Shown: piece after piece, positions 31,348 to 42,249 of the stretch | Layout of the letters: each line of letters starts with the position of its first letter | Position numbering within the stretch: position 1 is the stretch's first letter | DNA from: an uncultured Thiodictyon sp. | GTDB lineage: Bacteria > Pseudomonadota > Gammaproteobacteria > Chromatiales > Chromatiaceae | Length of the DNA: 64,000 bases | Assembly: GCF_903946935.1 (NCBI RefSeq) | Contig: NZ_CAJAXH010000014.1 | Location: forward strand, 133 to 64,132 | Direction of reading: 5' to 3' | Position numbers and translations under genes: made by a program | The notes under the pieces: generated by a model | The model's database searches: none | Told to the model about the DNA's origin: nothing | The model's input: only the letters and a program-made list of their open reading frames with translations

Positions 31348-34300
31348 TCAGGTCTCGGCTGCCGCATTCAGGCCCCGCGTGGCACGCCGGGCCAGCCGGT
31401 CGAAGGCAAGATAGATCACCGGGGTGGTGAAGAGCGTCAGCACCTGGCTCAACAGCAGGCCCCCGACCATCGCCAGCCCCAGGGGCCGGCGCAGTTCGGC
31501 CCCCATCCCGGTGGCAAACATCAGGGGTAGCGCGCTCAGCAGGGCGGCAAAGGTGGTCATCAGGATCGGTCGCAGACGCAGCAGGCAGGCCTGGTAGATC
31601 GCCTCGCGCGGCGTCTTGCCCTCGCGCCGTTCGGCGTCCAGCGCGAAGTCGATCATCATGATCGCATTCTTCTTGACGATGCCGATCAGCAGCACGATAC
31701 CGATGATGGCCACCACCCCCAGGTCCTGGCCGGCGAGCATGAGCGCCAACAAGGCGCCGACCCCGGCCGAGGGCAGGGTCGAGAGGATGGTGATCGGGTG
31801 GATGTAGCTCTCATAGAGCACGCCCAGCACGATATACATGGTCGCGACCGCCGCCAGCAGCAGGAACACCTGATTGCCCAGCGAGGCGCGAAAGGCCAGG
31901 GCCGCGCCCTGAAAGCCGGTCTGCACACTGGCCGGCATCCCAAGCTCCTGCTGGGCCGCCTCGATCGCCGCGACCGCATTGCCGAGCGAGGCACCGGGCG
32001 CCAGGTTGAATGAGATGGTGGCCGCCGGGAACTGGCTCAGGTGGTTGACCACCAAGGGCCCGGCCCGCTCGCTGAAACGGGCGACGACCGCCAGCGGTAC
32101 CTGGACCCCGCCGCTGGTCGGCACATAAATCTGCTTGAGCGCCTCCGGCCCGATCTGGAACCGCGGCTCGACCCCCAGGACCACCCGATACTGATTGGAC
32201 TGGGTGAAGATGGTGGATACCAGCCGCTGACCGAAGGCGTCATAAAGCGCATTGTCGATGGCTGCCACCGTGACGCCCAGCCGCCCGGCCGCCTCGCGGT
32301 CGATGTCGATCGAGGCCCGCAGCCCCTCGCTTTGCAGGTCGCTCGTCACCTCGGTGAGGTCGGGTAGCCGACTCAGCCGCTCCACCAGCCGGCCAACCCA
32401 CAGCCGCAGTTCGGCCGCATCCGCGTCCTGGACCGAGAGCTGATACTGGGTGCGGCTCACGCGGCTCTCGATGGTCAGGTCCTGCACCGGCTGCATATAC
32501 AGCGTCATGCCGGGGACCTCGGCCAGCCTGGGCTGGAGCCGGCGGATGACCGCGGATGCGCTCGGGCGCTGTGCGCGGGGCTTCAGATCGATGAGCAGCC
32601 GGCCGCTGTTGAGCGTGGTGTTGGTGCCGTCCACGCCGATGAAGGAGGATACGCCCGCGACCGCCGGGTCTTGGAGTACCGCCCGCGCCAGCGCCTGCTG
32701 GCGCTCCGCCATCGCCTGGAACGAGATCGACTGCGACGCCTCCGAGATGCCCTGGATCAGGCCGGTGTCCTGGACTGGAAAGAATCCCTTCGGGATGACG
32801 ATATAGAGCACCACCGTCAGCACCAGGGTCGCGACTGCCACCACCAGGGTCGCGCCCTGATGCTCCAGCACCCACCCGAGCATCCGGGCGTAGCCGCGCA
32901 GTATGGCAGCGAAGAACCGGCCGCCGGACGGATGGTCCTGGGAGGAGGAGTTTTCACGCCAAGGCGCCAAGACGCCAAGGGCATTTGCTGTGTCATCAAC
33001 GGCGGGTGATGTATCTGGCGGCTGCTTGGAGGAATCCAGGGATTGCGTTTGCTTTCTTGGCGCCTTGGCGTCTTGGCGTGAGCAATTACCGGCCCCGGGA
33101 GCGGCCGTCGGCCGCTGGCGTAACCACTTGGCGCACAGCATCGGGGTCAGGGTGAGCGAGACGACGGCCGAGATCAGGATCGCGACCGCCAGCGTAATCG
33201 CAAACTCGCGGAACAGCCGCCCCACCACCTCGCCCATGAAGAGCAGCGGGATCAGCACCGCGATCAGCGACAAGGTGAGCGAGATGATGGTGAAGCCGAT
33301 CTGCTCGGCGCCCTTGAGCGCGGCCGTGAGCGGCGGGTCGCCCCGCTCGATATAGCGCGAGATGTTTTCGATCATTACGATGGCGTCGTCCACCACAAAA
33401 CCGGTGGCGATGGTCAGCGCCATCAGGGTCAGATTGTTGATGCTGAACCCGGCCAGATAGATGACGCCGAAGGTGCCCACCAGCGACAGCGGCACCGCGA
33501 TGCTGGGGATGAGGGTCGCCGGGATGCTGCGCAGGAACAGAAAGATCACCAGCACCACCAGGGCCACCGCGAGCATCAGCTCGAACTGCACATCGCGCAC
33601 CGAGGCGCGGATGGTGAGCGTGCGGTCGGTCAGTGCCCGCACCGTCACCGTGGCCGGCAGGGTCGCTTGCAGCTCCGGGAGCAGGTCCTTGATGCGGTCG
33701 ACCACCTCGATCACGTTGGCACCGGGCTGGCGGCGGATATTGACGATCACCGCGGCCGACTCATCCGCCCAGGCCGCCAATCGCTGGTTCTCCGCGCCCT
33801 CTTCCACCGTGGCCAGGGCCGAGAGACGGATCGGCGCACCGTTCTTATAGGCGACGATGAGCGGGCGATAGTCGGCGGCCGAGCCGATCTGGTCATTGGC
33901 GTCGATGGTGGAGGCACGGGTGGGTCCGTCGAAGCCGCCCTTGGGCTGATTCACATTGGCATTGCCCAGTGCCGTGCGCAGGTCCTCCAGCCCCAGCCCA
34001 TAGGATGCGAGCACCCCCGGGTTCACCCGCACCCGCACCGCCGGGCGCTGACCGCCGCTCAGGCTGACCTGGCCGACCCCGGGAAGCTGGGAGATCTTCT
34101 GCGCCAGCCGGGTCTCGGCCAGGTCCTCGACCTGATACAGGGGCATCGTGTCCGAGGTCAGTGCCAGGGTCAGGATCGGGGTGTCCGCCGGATTGACCTT
34201 GCTGTAGATCGGCGGGCTCGGCAGGTCGGTGGGCAGCAGGGTGCCGGCCGCATTGATCCCCGCCTGCACCTCCTGCTCGGCCACGTCGAGGCTGAGATCG

Positions 34301-34590
34301 AGGACGAACTGGAGGGTGATCACCGAGGCCCCGCCGGAGCTGGTGGACGACATCTGATTGAGGCCCGGCATCTGCCCGAACTGACGCTCCAGGGGGGCGG
34401 TGACGGACGAGGTCATCACGTCCGGGCTCGCGCCTGGATAGAGCGTGACCACCTGAATGGTCGGATAATCGACCTCGGGCAGGGCCGAGAGCGGCAGCAG
34501 GTGATAGGCCAGCAGACCGGTGAGAAAGATGGCGACCATCAGCAGCGAGGTCGCCACCGGCCGCTCGATGAATGGGCGGGAGGGGTTCAT
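31348..34590 (-). CDS. mdtB: RND efflux transporter permease MdtB/MuxB, with in-frame repeat-element insertion
   Basis: [68 protein letters not shown]. Confidence 0.93.
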   Translation of the reverse strand: MNPSRPFIERPVATSLLMVAIFLTGLLAYHLLPLSALPEVDYPTIQVVTLYPGASPDVMTSSVTAPLERQFGQMPGLNQMSSTSSGGASVITLQFVLDLSLDVAEQEVQAGINAAGTLLPTDLPSPPIYSKVNPADTPILTLALTSDTMPLYQVEDLAETRLAQKISQLPGVGQVSLSGGQRPAVRVRVNPGVLASYGLGLEDLRTALGNANVNQPKGGFDGPTRASTIDANDQIGSAADYRPLIVAYKNGAPIRLSALATVEEGAENQRLAAWADESAAVIVNIRRQPGANVIEVVDRIKDLLPELQATLPATVTVRALTDRTLTIRASVRDVQFELMLAVALVVLVIFLFLRSIPATLIPSIAVPLSLVGTFGVIYLAGFSINNLTLMALTIATGFVVDDAIVMIENISRYIERGDPPLTAALKGAEQIGFTIISLTLSLIAVLIPLLFMGEVVGRLFREFAITLAVAILISAVVSLTLTPMLCAKWLRQRPTAAPGAGNCSRQDAKAPRKQTQSLDSSKQPPDTSPAVDDTANALGVLAPWRENSSSQDHPSGGRFFAAILRGYARMLGWVLEHQGATLVVAVATLVLTVVLYIVIPKGFFPVQDTGLIQGISEASQSISFQAMAERQQALARAVLQDPAVAGVSSFIGVDGTNTTLNSGRLLIDLKPRAQRPSASAVIRRLQPRLAEVPGMTLYMQPVQDLTIESRVSRTQYQLSVQDADAAELRLWVGRLVERLSRLPDLTEVTSDLQSEGLRASIDIDREAAGRLGVTVAAIDNALYDAFGQRLVSTIFTQSNQYRVVLGVEPRFQIGPEALKQIYVPTSGGVQVPLAVVARFSERAGPLVVNHLSQFPAATISFNLAPGASLGNAVAAIEAAQQELGMPASVQTGFQGAALAFRASLGNQVFLLLAAVATMYIVLGVLYESYIHPITILSTLPSAGVGALLALMLAGQDLGVVAIIGIVLLIGIVKKNAIMMIDFALDAERREGKTPREAIYQACLLRLRPILMTTFAALLSALPLMFATGMGAELRRPLGLAMVGGLLLSQVLTLFTTPVIYLAFDRLARRATRGLNAAAET
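32937..33100. mobile_element. CGCCAAG-family element, copy 3, translated in frame inside mdtB
   Basis: Core 32954-33081 with both triple-CGCCAAG ends; reads [12 protein letters not shown]...[12 protein letters not shown] in the MdtB frame. Confidence 0.85.
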
Positions 34591-34754
34591 CCTAAGTCCG
34601 GGAATTGCTCACGCCAAGGCGCCAAGCTCGCCAAGAAAACAGCAAGATAGGCCACGCATCCAGATCGCCTGGCGGGTGAATGGCCCAGCATTGAGAACAC
34701 ACTGAAAAACCTTGGCGAGCTTGGCGCCTTGGCGTGATAACTCTTTTTTCCAGG
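34591..34754. mobile_element. CGCCAAG-family element, copy 4, between mdtA and mdtB
   Basis: Core 34609-34737 with perfect 27 bp inverted ends; outer CCTAAG abuts the mdtB start codon. Confidence 0.85.
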
Positions 34755-34781
34755 TTCATCGGTCGCGTCCGCGCACCGGGC

Positions 34782-36056
34782 TCAAGGCGCGGATCGGCGG
34801 TGACGGCGCTCCGGGGCCGCGGCCTGTCCCGGGGGCGCGTCGGCCGCCGGGCCGGAGGCGGGACCTTTGGCCTGGCCCGCGGCGGGGCCGTCGCGGCTGC
34901 CCAGTTCCACCTTGGCCCCCTCGCGCAGCTTATCGGTGCCGTCTACCACCACCAGCTCGCCGGGCTTGAGCCCGTCCGCCACCGCGGCCAACTCGCCCTC
35001 GGTCGGGCCGAGCTTGACCGGCCGGACGCTGACCCTTTGGTCCGCCCCGACCACATAGACAAAGGTGCCCTGCACCCCGCGCTGGACCGCCGCGGTCGGG
35101 ACCAAGGTGGCGTCGTGCAGTGAGTCGATCAGCAGCCGGACATTGACAAACTGATTGGGAAACAGCGCCCCGTCCTCGTTGGCAAACTCCGCCTTGAGCC
35201 GGATGGTGCCGGTGGTGGGGTCGATCTGGTTGTCCAGGGTGACCAGTTCGCCGCTGGCGAGCTTGGTCGTCTGGTTGCGGTCGTAGACATCCACTGGGGG
35301 CCGCTCGCCCGCGCGGACCTGGCGCAGGATGGCCGAGAGGTTGTCCTCGGGCAGGGTGAAGACCGCCAGGATGGGCTGCATCTGGTTGATGACCACCAGC
35401 CCGGCCGGGTCGGTGGCATGCACGACATTGCCCGCGTCGACCTGGCGCAGGCCCAGCCGCCCGCTGAATGGCGCGGTGATCCGGCAATAGGTGAGTTGGA
35501 GCTTGGCGCTGTCGATCTGCGACTGGTCCGACTTGATCGCCCCTTCGTACTGACCGACCAGAGACTTTTGGGTATCCCATTGCTGCTTGGAGCCCGAGTC
35601 CTGCTGGTAGAGTGTGCGGTAGCGCTCCAGGTCCACCCGCGCATTCTCCAGCAGTGCCTGATCGCGCGCCAGCGCGCCCTGCGCCAGGAGCAGTTGCATT
35701 TGCGAGGGTCGGGGGTCGATCTCGGCCAGCAGGTCGCCCGCCTGGACGTATTGACCCTCCTCAAAGGCGATCCGCATCAGTTGGCCGTCCACCCGGGTGC
35801 GGATCGTCACCGTATTGCGCGGCGTGACCGTGCCGGTGCCGCTCAAGTACACCTGCAAGTCACCGCTGCGCACCGGCTGGGCGACCACCGGCACCGGCCG
35901 CTCCTTGCCACCGCCGCCCGGCCCGCCCTGGCCGCTCGCCACCTCGGCGCCGCCGGGCCAATACAGCCAGGCGAGCACCGCCGCGACGCCGGCCAGGCTG
36001 AGTGCCAACAGTGGCAGATACCGGCGCCGCGGGGCGGCCTTGGGGTCCGAACTCAT
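34782..36056 (-). CDS. mdtA: RND efflux periplasmic adaptor MdtA/MuxA
   Basis: N-terminal membrane anchor, VTIRTRVDGQL, ITAPFSGRLGLRQVDAGN, DNQIDPTTGTIRLKAEF, LFPNQFVNV. Confidence 0.92.
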   Translation of the reverse strand: MSSDPKAAPRRRYLPLLALSLAGVAAVLAWLYWPGGAEVASGQGGPGGGGKERPVPVVAQPVRSGDLQVYLSGTGTVTPRNTVTIRTRVDGQLMRIAFEEGQYVQAGDLLAEIDPRPSQMQLLLAQGALARDQALLENARVDLERYRTLYQQDSGSKQQWDTQKSLVGQYEGAIKSDQSQIDSAKLQLTYCRITAPFSGRLGLRQVDAGNVVHATDPAGLVVINQMQPILAVFTLPEDNLSAILRQVRAGERPPVDVYDRNQTTKLASGELVTLDNQIDPTTGTIRLKAEFANEDGALFPNQFVNVRLLIDSLHDATLVPTAAVQRGVQGTFVYVVGADQRVSVRPVKLGPTEGELAAVADGLKPGELVVVDGTDKLREGAKVELGSRDGPAAGQAKGPASGPAADAPPGQAAAPERRHRRSAP

Positions 36057-36219
36057 TGGTCGATCACTGCCTGATGGTGCCGACGGGGGCGGCGCGCGAG
36101 CGGGTGGACAAGGTTTAAGCCGATATTATGCGGTGCTGGCGCTTGAGAAGTGTGGAAACATAGCGGCAATCGCCGTGCGCCGGTGCTTGGGGACACCGGC
36201 GCATGGCGAGCGGGTTGCG

Positions 36220-36843
36220 CTAGCGCCGATCGGGTCCGTCGTGCGGGCCGCCGTCATCCGGTCCATCGGTGGGGTCGCCGTCGGGTCCGCCACGCTGGCC
36301 ACGCGGGCCGTCACGCTTGGGGTCGCCACCCGGGCGGCCATGCTGCTGGTCGCGCGAGCGCATGGACTGGAGCTGCTCGCGTTGCTCCGGGGTCAGGACG
36401 GCGGCGATGCGCTGCTTGACCGCGGCGCGGTCCAGGTCCGGGTTGGTCTGGCGCTCAACCAGGATCGCGCGCACCTGCGCGGTCTGCTCGGGGGTCAGGT
36501 TCAGGCGCTTGGTCAGGCGCTCCAGATGCCGAGCCATCCGCTTGTCCATCCGCGCGGCTTGCTCTGCACGCTGGGCATCGGTGAGGACCGCGTCGATCCG
36601 CTTGCGGCTATCCGCCCGCAGACGCTGGGCGGCGGCGTGCTCCTCCTCGATGATGGTCTTGATCTGGGCCTGCTGCTCCGGGGTGAGGTTGAGCCGCTCG
36701 GTGAGCTGGGCGAGGTGCTTATCGGGGCGCCCGCCGTTATCGCCGTGCGGCCCGCCCTGGTCGCAGAAGGCCGCGGTGGCGCCGGTGGCGGCGGCGATGC
36801 CGATGGCGAGTGCGAGCAGGGTCCTGGGGGTGGTGAGTCTCAT
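36220..36843 (-). CDS. Spy/CpxP-like periplasmic helical protein
   Basis: Signal peptide and repeated L(N)LTPEQ / LTDAQ motifs. Confidence 0.75.
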   Translation of the reverse strand: MRLTTPRTLLALAIGIAAATGATAAFCDQGGPHGDNGGRPDKHLAQLTERLNLTPEQQAQIKTIIEEEHAAAQRLRADSRKRIDAVLTDAQRAEQAARMDKRMARHLERLTKRLNLTPEQTAQVRAILVERQTNPDLDRAAVKQRIAAVLTPEQREQLQSMRSRDQQHGRPGGDPKRDGPRGQRGGPDGDPTDGPDDGGPHDGPDRR

Positions 36844-37047
36844 GGTGTTAAGTCTCTCATTGCTGATGGGTCTGCCGATGGGGGCCGACGTGCCGGTGTA
36901 CCCCCGTGGCAACGAAGACTACGCCGGGCGGATGCAGCCGGGGTGCAAGCAATGCGTAAGAAGCGGGGAAGCCGGGACTTGGCATCGTGGGCCTGGACCA
37001 ACATCTTAGATGGAGAAGAGAAGCCGACGCCGCAAGGGGAATGATCC

Positions 37048-38094
37048 ATGTTCGATTTGACCGAGACCGCCATCCGCTGGGTGGAGCAGGGGGTGGTGCC
37101 AGACGCCGTGATCCGCGGTGGCATCCGCACCTTGCTGCGCCAACGCCTGGCCACGCTGCCCACGGACGACGTGGCCGCCGCCGCCGCACACACCAGCGAC
37201 TTCGTCGCCATGATGGACGCAGCCCCCATCGCCGAGGTGCCGGAGCTGGCCAATGCCCAGCACTATGAGTTGCCCCCGGAGTTCTTCGTCGCGGTCCTGG
37301 GGCCGCGGCGCAAGTACAGTTCCTGTCTGTGGTCCCCGGGGGTGGAGACCCTGGCCGAGGCGGAGGACGAGTCATTGCAGGTGACGGCGCACCGTGCCGG
37401 CATCGCCGACGGCATGGAGGTACTGGAGCTGGGCTGCGGCTGGGGCGCCTTCAGCCTCTATGTGGCCGAGCGCTACCCCGCCTGTCGCGTCACCGCCGTC
37501 TCCAACTCACACGGCCAGCGCGGTTTCATCGAGGCCGAGGCGCAGCGGCGCGGTATCGGCAACCTCAGCGTCATCACCGCGGACATGAACGCCTTTGCCG
37601 CCCCCGGGCGCTTCGACCGCATCGTGTCGATCGAGATGTTCGAGCACATGCGCAACCACCGCAGACTGTTCGCCCGGGTCCACGACTGGCTCAAGCCCCA
37701 GGGCCGGTTCCTGATGCACATCTTCTGTCACCGCGCCCACCCCTATGCCTTCGAGGATCAGGGCCCGAGCGACTGGATGAGCCACCATTTCTTCTCCGGC
37801 GGCATCATGCCGAGCGACGAGCTGCCGCTCTGGTTCCAGGACCATCTGAAAATTCTGGATCGCTGGCGCTGGGACGGCCGCCACTACGAGCGCACACTCA
37901 ACACCTGGCTGGAGCAGATGGACGCCGCCCGCGCCGAGGTCTGGCCCATCTTGGATGCCACCTACGGCGCCGACCAGGCCGCCACCTGGTGGACGCGCTG
38001 GCGCCTCTTCTTCATGGCCTGCGCCGAGCTCTTCGGCTATCGCGACGGTCAGGAGTGGTGGGTCAGCCACTACCTGTTCGAGCGGCGGGGATAG
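37048..38094 (+). CDS. SAM-dependent methyltransferase, cyclopropane-fatty-acyl synthase (CMAS) family
   Basis: ANAQHYELPPEFF, KYSSCLW, LELGCGWG, FDRIVSIEMFEHMRN, FFSGGIMPS, FFMACAELFG. Confidence 0.88.
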   Translation: MFDLTETAIRWVEQGVVPDAVIRGGIRTLLRQRLATLPTDDVAAAAAHTSDFVAMMDAAPIAEVPELANAQHYELPPEFFVAVLGPRRKYSSCLWSPGVETLAEAEDESLQVTAHRAGIADGMEVLELGCGWGAFSLYVAERYPACRVTAVSNSHGQRGFIEAEAQRRGIGNLSVITADMNAFAAPGRFDRIVSIEMFEHMRNHRRLFARVHDWLKPQGRFLMHIFCHRAHPYAFEDQGPSDWMSHHFFSGGIMPSDELPLWFQDHLKILDRWRWDGRHYERTLNTWLEQMDAARAEVWPILDATYGADQAATWWTRWRLFFMACAELFGYRDGQEWWVSHYLFERRG

Positions 38095-38290
38095 GCGCAA
38101 GGGCGGGCCACTCCTGCCTCGTAGGAGCGGCCCCCAGGCCGCGACGGGTCGCCCGTGAACCTCGCGGCCAGAGCCGGTCGCGGACCACCGACCTCGCTGC
38201 CCTCGCTCATCGCCCCAGCCGCCGCCAGCCCGCCAAAACTGGAGGTCGAGGCTTCAGCCGGTGGCGCCTCCCAGGTCCGCCGACGCCGCA

Positions 38291-41147
38291 TCACGCAGCA
38301 GGCAGCAAGGCGCGGCCGAAATATTGATAGAAGGCGTCAGCGGGGTCTTCCACCAGGTTCTCCCACATACCGCGGACCTGCGCTTGGGACGGCGCCTCCG
38401 GCCGGTGGGCGCAGTGGTTACGCAGGTCCAGCATAGCGTTCAGTGCCTTGCCACGCCGTTGACGCACCTCGGACGCGCTCCGCAATAGATGCGCACCGAA
38501 GCGATTCAACAGCAGGCGCTCGATCGGGTCCACGGTCCCGGCGCCATGGTGTAAGGCCCGCTTCAAGGTGATCGCCATGGGTCCCAACATCAGGTGGTCC
38601 CGCTTGCCGTCGAGGAACGCCGCTACCTGGGCGCCCATCCGGTCTTTACCCACGTCCGTTCCCGTGCGCCAGTCCTGGCGCAGCGGCTGGAAGACCTGCT
38701 CCACCAGGGTCCGCTCGAGCGCCAACCCGAGGTTGAGCCCGGCATACCGGGACAGCCATTCATGCTCCAGACAGTGCAGCCCGCAAGCCAGGAAACGCTG
38801 CTCCTGCGCGCCCAGCACCTGGGTCCAGACCGGATCGAGCAGCGCCTGGAGCTGGAGCCGGGCCGCCGCCAGTTCGCCGTCGCACACCGCCTGGCTCGCA
38901 TCCGCCACCGCCCGGTTGAGTGCGGCGGCGATCTTCGCTTCGATGTCCTCGCGCCTGCCCGCGTCGGCGCTGGCCCAGTCCGCGGCATATTGCCTCTGGA
39001 CCTCGACCCAGGCGTGGATCAGCGCCTCGCCAAAACCCTGCCAGCGGATCGGGAGCCCCTGCACCAGGTGCGATGCCATGGTTCGGCTCAACGATTTGAG
39101 GTCTTCCCAGGCCTTGGTCCGCTCCTCCGTGCGGGCCTGGTCAGTAGCCGCGGCGTTCCACTGCTTCAGGGTCGCCAGCCGCTGCGCCGCGAAGGGTTCC
39201 CAAACGGCTTTGAGTTCAGGCTCGAGCCATTTGCGCCAGTCGTTGGTCGCCGCGAGGTCAAGTCCCCGGGCCGGGTTGCCAGCGGCATCCTCGAAGAGCC
39301 CGTTCACAAATGTGACGTCGAGCAACCTCTGCAGCGTGTCGCTGCGCCGCAAGAGGGCCTCGATGTCCATGTCCGAGGACGGCGCGAAGCCCAGGTCGAT
39401 CAGCTCCAGTTTCAGCATCAGGCCCGCCACCTTTGCGACTCGTTGGGCGATATCGGCGCGATCGGCAGCGACCGGCGCCTGCTGGACCAGCACCGCCGCG
39501 GCGCGCTGATAGCTCTCCACCGCCGCCGATGCCGCCTCGCGCCGCACCTGGAACTCGGCCAGGACGAGATAGCCAGCGGGGTCTGAGGGACAGGCCGCCA
39601 CATAGTCGCGCAGCATCGCTTCCGCCTGGGCCGGATCGCCGCGGGTCTCCAGGTCGGCGGCCTGGAGGCGGGCGGACTCGGCGGTGCCGCCGAAATAGAG
39701 TAGGCGCCAGTCGGTCAGGCGCTGCATCATAAGCACCAGCCCCGCGATCCCCTCGGCCGCCAGCCCGGTTTCAACAAGCAGCGCCATCGCCTCGCGTAGC
39801 GCCTCCTGCGCCGCCCAATGCATTGCCGTCGAGGCCGGGGCGCTCCCCGGCTCGGCCGGGTCCAGGTGCTCGCGGATGATCTCGGCGATGAACTGCGGCT
39901 GGCGGGCGGCCAGGTAATATTTGAGGGTCAGATCGAACAGCCGCTCGCGCAGACCGCGCAGGAGATGGACCCCGGCGCGCTCCAGGTCGCGCAGGCGGCC
40001 CAGGCCCTCGTGGGCCGTATCCGCGGCGCTCATGGGGTCGCCCTGCTGCGACAGTGTGATGGCCTTGTTGCCGTAGGCCTTGGCCTCGGTATCGGCGCGT
40101 TCGAGCCAGAGTTCCTCCCCGGGTCGTGCCGTGGCCAGCCCGATCGCCTCGTCACAGGCCTCCACTGCCGCCGCCAGAGTGGCCGCGGTGCCTTGGTCCG
40201 AGAGGGCATTGCCCTTGTTCATGTGGGCCATGGCCAGGCCGTTGCGGTACTCGGCCACGCCGAGGTCGAGCTCTTGCCGCAGCCGGATCGCCTCGTCATA
40301 GGCCGCCACCGCCGCCGCCAGGGTGGCCGGGGTGCCCTGGGCCTGGAGGGCATTGCCCTTGTTCATGTGGGCCATGGCCAGGTCGTTGCGGTACTGGGCC
40401 ACGCTGAGGTCGAGTCCCTGCCCCAGCCGGATCGCCTCGTCGTAGGCCCCCACCGCCGCCGCCAGGGCGGCCGGGGTGCCCTGGGTCTGGAGGGTAAGGC
40501 CCTTGTTGTAGTGGGCCATGGCTAGCAGCCTGTCGGACTTGATGGCGTAACCGATTGATTAAAAAGGAAAACGACTTTTTGGCGCAAAAGAGGAAACTCT
40601 TTGCATTCAATCGGTTGCATCACTAAGTCCGACAGCCTGCTAGGCCGTTGCGGTACTCGGCCACGCCGAGGTCGAGCTCTTGCCGCAGCCGGATCGCCTC
40701 GTCACAGGCCGCCACCGCCGCCGCCAAGGTGGCCGGGGTTCCCTGGGCCGCGAGGACAACGCCCTTGTTCATGTGGGCGTTGGCCAGGTGTTTGCGGTAC
40801 TCGACCACGCCGAGGTCGAGCCCCTGGTACAGGCGTATCGCCTCGTCATAGGCCGCCACCGCCGCCGTCAGAGCGGCCGGGGTGCCCTGGGACTGAAGGG
40901 CATTGCCCTTGTTGAAGTGAGCACTGCCCAGGTCTTTGCGGTACTCGGCCACGCCGATGTCCAGCCCCTGCCATAGCCGGATCGCCTCGTCATAGGCAGC
41001 CACCGCAGCCGCCAGGGCGGCCGGGGTCCGCTGGGCCAGGAGGGCATTGCCCTTCTCGACAAGGTCCGAGCCACGTTGAGTGGGGTCCAGCGGATTGCCC
41101 CAACTACTCGCGCTCGACACCTGCCCGAGGTTATAGCTGATGTCCAT
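38291..41147 (-). pseudogene. TPR-repeat protein with C-terminal HEPN-like domain, interrupted by a 118 bp MITE
   Basis: Six near-identical 48-aa repeats (AHMNKGNALQAQGTPATLAAAVAAYDEAIRLRQELDLGVAEYRN). Removing one CTAG plus the MITE restores a single 912-aa frame (..RNGLAMAHYNKG..). LRNHCAH (RxxxxH) lies near the C-terminus. Confidence 0.8.
40522..40643. mobile_element. 118 bp MITE with CTAG target duplication, copy A
   Basis: CTAG-CAGCCTGTCGGACTT ... AAGTCCGACAGCCTG-CTAG; AT-rich interior. Confidence 0.9.
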
Positions 41148-41443
41148 GATCCGCTCACTCAAACCGCCCCCATCGCCCCATTGCAATTGCGGCAGATTCT
41201 ACCCGCGCCCCCGGCGACGGGGAATCGCTCAGGCCCCGCGATAGACCCGCAATCCCAGGCACCGCTGCATGCCGTGGCGTTGATCATCGCCCCCGTCAGC
41301 GGCGGTCCGTCTACAACCGGAGGTCGAGGCTTCAGCCGGTGGCGGCCCCAGAGGTAGCGAAGGGAAATCAGCGGCGCTTGCACGCCGGACCGCCTAACAG
41401 CCGTGGCCACAAGACCAGTCACCCAGGACGATGAAGGTCCCCC

Positions 41444-41517
41444 GTGGGAGCGGCTTCAGCCGCGACGAGGCCGCTCTGCGGCTTGCGAGGTCGCGTCGCG
41501 GCTGAAGCCGCTCCCAC
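41444..41517. repeat. REPIN-like doublet (GTGG class REP)
   Basis: GTGGGAGCGGCTTCAGCCGCGA ... TCGCGGCTGAAGCCGCTCCCAC. Confidence 0.85.
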
Positions 41518-41666
41518 CGGGCGCCAGCCTGACTTTCTCGGAAAAGCATCGGCATCCGGTGGTGGGAACGCTGATCGCGGCAGCCCCGGTCATGGCGCCA
41601 CCCTTGCGCCTGCCGCCGCGTCGGTCTATGTTCGGCTGATCCGTTCTGCAAGATTGAAAACCGACG

Positions 41667-41954
41667 ATGCAACACTTCTCCACCCAGGATGCGGCGGCGA
41701 GTTTCGGGCAGGTGCTCGATGCCGCCTGCCGCGAGCCCGTGGCCATCGAACGCAACGGGCACCCCGTGGCGGTGCTTATGTCCAAGGGGGTCTTCGATGA
41801 GTTCGAGGCACTGAAGCTGGAGCGGCTGCGCGCCGCGGTCGACCAGGGAATCGCGGCCATCGAGCGTGGCGATTACACCGAACTCGATGAGGGCGAGCTG
41901 GCCGGTTTCGCGGACCGCATCAAGACGGCGGGGCGCCGGCGCCGACCGGAATGA
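41667..41954 (+). CDS. Phd/YefM-family antitoxin with ParD-like C-terminus
   Basis: FSTQDAAASFGQVLDAACREPVAIERNGHPVAVLMS; LRAAVDQGIAAIERGDY; ATGA overlap with the toxin. Confidence 0.88.
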   Translation: MQHFSTQDAAASFGQVLDAACREPVAIERNGHPVAVLMSKGVFDEFEALKLERLRAAVDQGIAAIERGDYTELDEGELAGFADRIKTAGRRRRPE

Positions 41955-42238
41955 ATTATCGGATCTCGTCGCAGGCCGCGAGTGACTTGGAGTCCATCTG
42001 GGATTTTACGGCGGATCGCTGGAATGCTGACCAGGCAGACCGGTATATCGATGCCTTGATGGCGCGCGTGTCCTGGCTGACCCGTAACCAAGCGCTCTGG
42101 CAGGACCGCCCGGATATCCGTTCCGGGATGTACGCCTACCCTGAGCAAAGCCACATGATCTTTTTCCGCGCGTCAGGTGCATGCATCGAAATCCTGCGGG
42201 TGCTGCATCGGCGCATGGATGTTAAACGCCATCTGTAA
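41951..42238 (+). CDS. ParE/RelE-family toxin
   Basis: YRISSQAASDLESIWDFTADRWNADQADRY...HMIFFR...IEILRVLHRRMD. Confidence 0.9.
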   Translation: MNYRISSQAASDLESIWDFTADRWNADQADRYIDALMARVSWLTRNQALWQDRPDIRSGMYAYPEQSHMIFFRASGACIEILRVLHRRMDVKRHL

Positions 42239-42249
42239 ACCCGCAAAGC

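Noticed and set aside
40080-41060. 144 bp tandem repeats as a CRISPR-like or non-coding array
   Set aside because: They are contiguous, in-frame coding repeats of a TPR protein with no spacers.
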